From sequence record CP138594.1: a stretch of DNA of 32,000 nt; one strand, written 5' to 3'. How positions within the stretch are numbered: position 1 is the first letter of the stretch; every line of letters begins with the position of its first letter. The notes below the pieces were generated by a model, which searched no databases, had not been told where the DNA came from, and worked only from the letters and a program-made list of their open reading frames with translations. Position numbers and translations under genes: made by a program. This document shows, one piece after another, positions 26,384 through 32,000 of the stretch.

Positions 26384-27007
26384 ATGTCTTTATATTTATT
26401 AAATGAAACCATGACTAATGGTTTAAGTTATAGTTTTGTAAATGTAATATCTATTTTATCTGTACTATGCGGTATACTTGTTATAATAAGTAAAAATCCT
26501 ATAGTATCAGTGTTATATTTAATAGGTTTATTTCTTACTATAGCAGGTTATTTAATGATGTTAGGTATGAATTTTATTGGACTATCTTATTTATTAGTTT
26601 ATGTAGGAGCAGTTTCTATATTATTTTTATTCATATTAATGTTAATAAATGTTAGAATATCTGAACTTACAAGTGATAGTAGTAATAGTATACCTTTAGC
26701 TATATCAATTGGAGTTTTATATTATGTAACTTTATTTGATTTAGTACCATCTAACACAGTAAATGCTGACTTAGTATATCTAGAAAAATTCCCTAGTGAT
26801 AGATCTCCATATTTCCTTGATAATAGTGACATGTCTTTTGTTACTTCTCAAGTATGAGACGGAGCACTTACAGAAATGACTCACATAACAAGTATTGGTA
26901 ATGTTATATATACTAGTTACCCTATGTGACTTATATTAACATCATTAATACTTTTATTAGCGATGGTGGGAGCAATAGTTATAACAATTAAACAAAAAGC
27001 TATATAA
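26384..27007 (+). CDS. nad6: NADH dehydrogenase subunit 6 (207 aa)
   Basis: Track ORF 26384-26857 continues through TGA (Trp) to TAA at 27005-27007. The protein is hydrophobic and ND6-like (...ISKNPIVSVLYLIGLFLTIAGYLMMLGMNFIGLSYLLVYVGAVSILFLFILML...). An alternative start is the ATG at 26411. Confidence 0.88.
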
Positions 27008-27037
27008 AAATACATGTGTATAATAAATTTATACATA

Positions 27038-27109
27038 GAGAGCTTAGCTTAATGGTAAAGCATATGACTTTTAATCATTATAATATGAGTTCGAATCTCA
27101 TAGCTCTTA
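27038..27109 (+). tRNA. trnK(uuu): tRNA-Lys (anticodon UUU)
   Basis: Acceptor is GAGAGCT/AGCTCTT. The anticodon loop CTTTTAA sits on stem TATGA/TCATT. T arm is ATGAG-TTCGAAT-CTCAT. Confidence 0.86.
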
Positions 27110-27140
27110 TTTGATCATAATTTATGATCAATAACAAAAA

Positions 27141-27162
27141 TTGTAAATACAATAGTTATATG
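27141..27162 (+). promoter_or_regulatory. conserved 22-nt motif TTGTAAATACAATAGTTATATG about 60 nt upstream of the rns 5' end (candidate promoter or processing signal)
   Basis: It matches 17910-17931 upstream of rnl at 21 of 22 positions. Function is inferred only. Confidence 0.35.
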
Positions 27163-27219
27163 ATAAAAACAAAAGTATATTATATAAAAATATGATATAA
27201 ATGAGTTTTAAAGTTATAT

Positions 27220-28726
27220 TATATATTGAGTTTGATGATGGCTCTGATTGAACGCTGTCCAAAGGCTTGACACATGCTAATCGTACGTTGTTTTGTATTT
27301 ATTTATATGAAGCAAAGTGGTGTAAAGGTGAGTATAGTATATTTTTGGCTCCCTTAAAGCAAGGAACAAAAATTCCTTATAAAATATAATAGAAATAAAT
27401 TAAATTTTTTATTATGAAAAGAAAAAATAAATTCGAACGTCATTTTTTCGCTTTAAGATGCTCATTATATAATCAAGTAAGTAGTAGTTGAGGTAATTGC
27501 TTAACTAGCTTAAACTTGTAGTCAAAACTGAGAGGTTTATTGACCACATTGGGCCCGAAAAAATCCCAATACGTGTAGTACAGCAGTGAGGAATATTGGT
27601 CAATGGCCTAACGGCTGAACCAGCAATTTGGGGGAATGTATATTGACTATGTCATATAAAGTTCTAGATAGATGATTGATGATGACAAATTTCTATCTAT
27701 ATGTCTTGACCAAATCTTGTGCCAGCAGTCGCGGCAATACAAGGAAGACTAGTGTTATTCATCTTTATTAGGTTTAAAGGGTACCTAGACGGCAAATTTA
27801 GCCCCAAAAGGGTACTAATATGCTAGAGTTTAATAGGAGAGGTAAATATTAGGGCTATTGGTGTAGTGATGAAATACTTTTATACTAATGGAACGGATAA
27901 CGGCGAAGGCAACCCTCTATGTATAAACTGACGTTGAGGGACGAAGGCTTGGGGAGCGAATAGGATTAGATACCCTAGTAGTCCAGGCAGAAAATTATGA
28001 ATGTTATATATTGAAAGAAAATTTGGTGTATAAATGAAAGTGTAAGCATTCCACCTCAAGAGTAATGTGGCAACGCAGGAACTGAAATCATTAGACCGTT
28101 TCTGAAACCAGTAGTGAAGTATGTTATTTAATTCGATGATCCTCGAAAAACCTTACCACAATTTGAATATTATTTATATATACTAAGGTATTAATACCTA
28201 TACGTATTATTTATATTACAGGCGTTGCACGGCTGTCTTCAGTTAATGTCGTGAGATATTGGTTAGATCCAAAAAATTAACGTATAACCCTATCTTTATT
28301 TATATCATAAAGAAATTCAAAACCAAATTTGGTTGCGATCATAGGGACCAAGACAAGTCATCATGACCTTAATATTGTGGGCTATAGACGTGCCACATAT
28401 GTTTGTACAAAGGGAGGCGATAATGTGAATTGGAGCTAACCCCTAAAACAGAATATAATATGGATTGTAGTCTGTAATTCGACTACATGAAAAAGGAATT
28501 ACTAGTAATCGTGAATCACCACATCACGGTGGATTTAATCTCAGTCGGGTACTAACCACTCGTCAGGCGCTGAAAGGAGTATGTGCAATAAGTTTGGCTT
28601 ATTGATAATTCATTTTGTTTAACAATTAGGTTATTCAGCTTTATCAAACGGTCTTCGTATGCGTGACTCTGATTAGTGTTAAGTCGAAATATGGTTCGTG
28701 TAGTGGAAATTGCACGGGATTTATTA
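27220..28726 (+). rRNA. rns: mitochondrial small-subunit rRNA (same gene as 1-1507, seen after wrap-around)
   Basis: It is identical to 1-1507 at offset +27,219. The upstream context shows the SSU 5' motif GAGTTTGATGATGGCTC starting at 27228. Confidence 0.93.
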
Positions 28727-28758
28727 AACAACAACAACACAATAAACAAAAAAAAAAA

Positions 28759-28843
28759 AGAGAATTGGCTGAGTGGTCTAAGGCGATGAGCTTGAAACTC
28801 ATTTGATTAAATAATCACATCCGTTCGAATCGGATATTCTCTG
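28759..28843 (+). tRNA. trnS(uga): tRNA-Ser (UGA), wrap-around copy
   Basis: Identical to 1540-1624 at offset +27,219. Confidence 0.88.
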
Positions 28844-28852
28844 TATTATTTG

Positions 28853-28925
28853 CGGGTTAGAGCCGGATTGGTTAGGCGCCTTATTTGGGTTAAGGAGAAA
28901 TTATGTTCGAGTCATAATAACCCGA
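28853..28925 (+). tRNA. trnP(ugg): tRNA-Pro (UGG), wrap-around copy
   Basis: Identical to 1634-1706 at offset +27,219. Confidence 0.88.
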
Positions 28926-28973
28926 TTTAATTAATAATTATTATATTTAATATATAGATCTTATTCTAATATT

Positions 28974-29044
28974 ACGGCTATAGGTTAATGGTAGACCGTT
29001 CGTCTTCCAAACGGAGTGTACCGATTCGAATTCGGTTGGCCGTA
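28974..29044 (+). tRNA. trnG(ucc): tRNA-Gly (UCC), wrap-around copy
   Basis: Identical to 1755-1825 at offset +27,219. Confidence 0.88.
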
Positions 29045-29063
29045 TATTTATTAATAAAAATTA

Positions 29064-29136
29064 GAGTCAATAACTTAATTGGTAAAGGACTTTCTTGTCG
29101 AGAAAGTAGATGTCGGATCGTAGCCGACTTGATTCG
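29064..29136 (+). tRNA. trnD(guc): tRNA-Asp (GUC), wrap-around copy
   Basis: Identical to 1845-1917 at offset +27,219. Confidence 0.85.
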
Positions 29137-29141
29137 TTAAA

Positions 29142-29222
29142 GGATAAGTCGCTATAGGTAGGGCAAGATATTTGCTAAATATTGTGTTTTTACACTTAAT
29201 GGTTCAAATCCATTCTTTTCCG
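29142..29222 (+). tRNA. trnS(gcu): tRNA-Ser (GCU), wrap-around copy
   Basis: Identical to 1923-2003 at offset +27,219. Confidence 0.85.
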
Positions 29223-29271
29223 TTAACATAAAAATAAAGTAACACATTTTAATAAAGATATATGTGTTTAA

Positions 29272-29343
29272 AAGAGTATAGTTTAATAGGTAAAACCGGA
29301 AGCTTCAAACTTCAAATTATCAGTTCAAATCTGAGTGCTCTTG
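29272..29343 (+). tRNA. trnW(uca): tRNA-Trp (UCA), wrap-around copy
   Basis: Identical to 2053-2124 at offset +27,219. Confidence 0.9.
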
Positions 29344-29350
29344 AGTTAAA

Positions 29351-29422
29351 GGTTTCTTAACTTAATAGGTAAAGTGTATTTTTGATAAGAATATGTTCGA
29401 CGTTCAAATCGTCGAGAAATCA
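29351..29422 (+). tRNA. trnI(gau): tRNA-Ile (GAU), wrap-around copy
   Basis: Identical to 2132-2203 at offset +27,219. Confidence 0.88.
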
Positions 29423-29438
29423 ATTACAATAAAAACAA

Positions 29439-29523
29439 AGGAGGGTTCCTTTATTGGTAAGAAGGGTTGAGCTGTAAACTCAATAGCTGTATGCTTTTAA
29501 GAGTTCGAATCTCTTGTCTCCTA
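29439..29523 (+). tRNA. trnY(gua): tRNA-Tyr (GUA), wrap-around copy
   Basis: Identical to 2220-2304 at offset +27,219. Confidence 0.82.
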
Positions 29524-29578
29524 TTATTTAAATATACTACCTTAGTAATATATTATACATTTATACTTATTCTTAATA

Positions 29579-29649
29579 GCCTTTATAGCTCAATGGTAGA
29601 GCGGAATACTGTTAATATTCTGATATATGTTCGATTCATGTTAAGGGCT
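29579..29649 (+). tRNA. trnN(guu): tRNA-Asn (GUU), wrap-around copy
   Basis: Identical to 2360-2430 at offset +27,219. Confidence 0.88.
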
Positions 29650-29692
29650 TAATAATAATATTAATAGATTAAATATCTAATACATTAGTTCA

Positions 29693-29765
29693 AGCGTGTT
29701 AACTCAATTGGTAGAGTATTGTGCTACGGACACAAAGGATGTAAGTTCGAGTCTTACACTCGTTT
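29693..29765 (+). tRNA. trnR(acg): tRNA-Arg (ACG), wrap-around copy
   Basis: Identical to 2474-2546 at offset +27,219. Confidence 0.85.
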
Positions 29766-29769
29766 AAGA

Positions 29770-29841
29770 GGGACATGTTGTAAATGGTTTTACATTTCGA
29801 TTGCAAATCGAACATATGGAGTTCGATTCTTCCTTGTCCCT
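29770..29841 (+). tRNA. trnC(gca): tRNA-Cys (GCA), wrap-around copy
   Basis: Identical to 2551-2622 at offset +27,219. Confidence 0.82.
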
Positions 29842-29952
29842 TTGCTAATTATTTTTTTTTTAGCACTTTATTCCTTATAGTACCTTTACAATATTAATTA
29901 AAATAATTATATGACTATTATTGCTATCATTATACCTTATTAATAATAAATT

Positions 29953-30099
29953 ATGCCACAATTAGTACCATTTTATTTCATAAATCAAGTAGTATTTGCA
30001 TTTACAATAATAGTATTGTTAATATATGTTTTCTCAAAATACATATTACCTAGATTTGTTCGTTTATTCTCTACTCGTTTATTTATTAGCAAATTGTAA
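29953..30099 (+). CDS. atp8: ATP synthase F0 subunit 8, wrap-around copy
   Basis: Identical to 2734-2880 at offset +27,219. Confidence 0.92.
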   Translation: MPQLVPFYFINQVVFAFTIIVLLIYVFSKYILPRFVRLFSTRLFISKL

Positions 30100-30191
30100 T
30101 ATAGTAAATATATATTAATATACAAATAACATTAACATATTGTATGTTAACAACCATTACATTAAATAAATATTATAAATTTAACATAGTC

Positions 30192-30971
30192 ATGAATTAC
30201 TCACACTACCAAAATATAATGAGTCCACTGGACCAATTTGAAATAAGAAACCTGTTAAGTTTAGATGCTCCTATATTAGGAAACTTATCTATATCATTAA
30301 CAAACATAGGTCTTTATCTTACAATAGCTGGATACTTAGTATTTGTATTAAATCTAATGTCTACAAACAATAATAAAATAATATCTAATGCCTGATCAAT
30401 AGGGCAAGAAACAGTATACGCTACTGTACACAGTATAGTTGTTGGTCAAATAAACGAAAAAAGAGGTCAGGTATACTTCCCATTTATGTACGTATTATTT
30501 ATGTTCATATTAATGAATAATTTAGTAGGTATGGTTCCTTATAGTTTCGCACCTACTAGTCACTTTATATTAACTTTCTCTTTAAGTTTCACAATCGTGT
30601 TAGGTGCTACTATATTAGGATTAAGCAGACATGGTCTTAAATTCTTCTCTCTTTTTGTACCTTCTGGTTGTCCTTTAGCATTACTACCTTTATTAGTTTT
30701 AATTGAATTTATTTCTTACTTAGCTAGAAATGTATCATTAGGTTTAAGACTTGCAGCTAATATACTATCAGGTCACATGCTTTTAAATATATTAAGTGGA
30801 TTTACATATAACATTATGAATTCAGGATTTATATTTATGTTCTTAGGTTTATTCCCATTAGCATTTATAATAGCTTTCTCTGGGTTAGAGTTAGGTATAG
30901 CATTTATACAAGCTCAAGTTTTTGTAGTTTTATCTTGTTCTTACATTAAAGACGCATTAGAATTACACTAA
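30192..30971 (+). CDS. atp6: ATP synthase F0 subunit 6, wrap-around copy
   Basis: Identical to 2973-3752 at offset +27,219. Track ORFs 30144-30395 and 30486-30971 match the first-copy ORFs. Confidence 0.93.
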
Positions 30972-31116
30972 TAAGGGTTTTACGGGGTATATATATATAT
31001 ACTACCTTAAAAAAAAAAACAATATTTAATAAGTAAAACCCCTTTTTTATGCCCACACATAATATTACGCTAGATCATAAAAAATAATATAAATTATTAA
31101 TAAAATAAAAATTTAA

Positions 31117-31606
31117 ATGAGAATTTGAAAAAGTCATTCCTTGCTTAGTTTAGCAAATGGATATGTTGTGGATTCTCCACAACCATCAAATTTAAGCTAC
31201 TTATGAAACTTTGGTTCTTTATTAGCTGTATGTTTAATTATACAAATAGTTACAGGTGTTACTTTAGCCATGCATTATAACCCTAGTGTTTTAGAAGCGT
31301 TTAATTCAGTTGAACATATAATGAGAGACGTTAATAACGGATGATTAATACGTTATTTACACTCAAATACAGCTTCATTCTTCTTCTTTATAGTATACCT
31401 TCACATAGGAAGAGGTTTATACTACGGGTCTTATAGAGCTCCTAGAACATTAGCATGAACAATAGGTACAGTAATATTCATATTAATGATGGCTACAGCA
31501 TTCTTGGGTTACGTTTTACCCTACGGTCAAATGTCTTTATGAGGTGCTACAGTTATTACTAATCTTATGAGTGCTATACCTTGAGTAGGGCAAGATATTG
31601 TTGAGT
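31117..31606 (+). CDS. cob: apocytochrome b exon 1, wrap-around copy
   Basis: Identical to 3898-4387 at offset +27,219. Confidence 0.92.
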
Positions 31607-32000
31607 CAATAAATTTTACAAACGATAATTTAACAAATTACTACATATGTAGTATATTACCTACAATAGGTACTATTAATGTTAATGCATTAAAAAGAGG
31701 AAATAAAAGTGTGAGATTAAATAAAGAAGAATATTTGTCTATCCCTTCTTCATTTTTATCTTTTTTAGTAGGATTTATAGATGGAGATGGTTATATACAG
31801 ATAACAAAAACAACTAAAGGATTTATTGCTATAAAGCTTGTAATATCTATACATCTAAATGATATTTCAACTTTACAATACATTAATTCTGTTTTACGTA
31901 TAGGAAAAATAACTATATATAAAGATCATAAAAGCCCGACTTGTAAGTTAGTTGTTAACAAAACTGATTTGCAAGAAGTTCTTTTTCCACTTTTATTATA
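31607..32000 (+). mobile_element. 5' part of the cob group I intron with the start of its LAGLIDADG ORF, truncated by the window end (wrap-around copy)
   Basis: Identical to 4388-4781 at offset +27,219. It includes the LVGFIDGDGYIQI motif. Confidence 0.88.

Larger units (their letters stand above)
27220..32000. repeat. wrap-around copy of positions 1-4781 (same circular genome read a second time)
   Basis: Every track ORF in 1-4781 reappears with an identical protein at an offset of exactly +27,219 (for example 1333-1530 equals 28552-28749, and 3267-3752 equals 30486-30971). The nucleotide lines I compared by eye are identical, and the copy runs to the window end. Confidence 0.95.

Noticed and set aside
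27220-32000. A 4.8-kb perfect direct repeat that could be read as a biological segmental duplication or a terminal repeat of a linear mitochondrial genome.
   Set aside because: The copy is identical and co-linear, starts mid-spacer, and runs exactly to the window end. The interval between copies holds exactly one complete mitochondrial gene set. This is the expected appearance of a circular molecule extracted for more than one unit length.

Overview
This window is a complete circular fungal mitochondrial genome. The unit length is 27,219 bp, and positions 27220-32000 repeat positions 1-4781, so the window wraps past its own start. The code is translation table 4 (TGA = Trp), which is why the supplied ORF track splits most genes. 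One unit contains rns, rnl, 25 tRNAs covering all 20 amino acids, and the 14 core respiratory genes (atp6, atp8, atp9, cob, cox1-3, nad1-6, nad4L). It also holds four group I introns, in cob, cox2, cox1 and nad5. Each intron carries a homing-endonuclease ORF fused in frame to the upstream exon (three LAGLIDADG, one GIY-YIG). Genes form two strand blocks. The plus block runs rnl to cob through the wrap point, and the minus block (6380-17616) runs cox1, trnR, cox2, cox3, nad1, nad4, nad2, nad3. Gene order (nad2-nad3, nad4L-nad5 with a 1-nt overlap, atp8-atp6) and the tRNA clusters flanking rnl resemble filamentous ascomycetes, but I cannot name a species. There is no rps3, no recognisable rnpB, no CRISPR and no prokaryote-type defence or biosynthetic locus. 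I found no convincing new biological system. The signals not explained by standard annotation are a 22-nt motif (21/22 identical) upstream of both rRNA genes, sense-strand A8-A13 tracts just downstream of most genes, a cox1 with no in-frame ATG, and several spacer hairpins and repeats. Coordinates were hand-derived; intron and rRNA ends may be off by a few nt.
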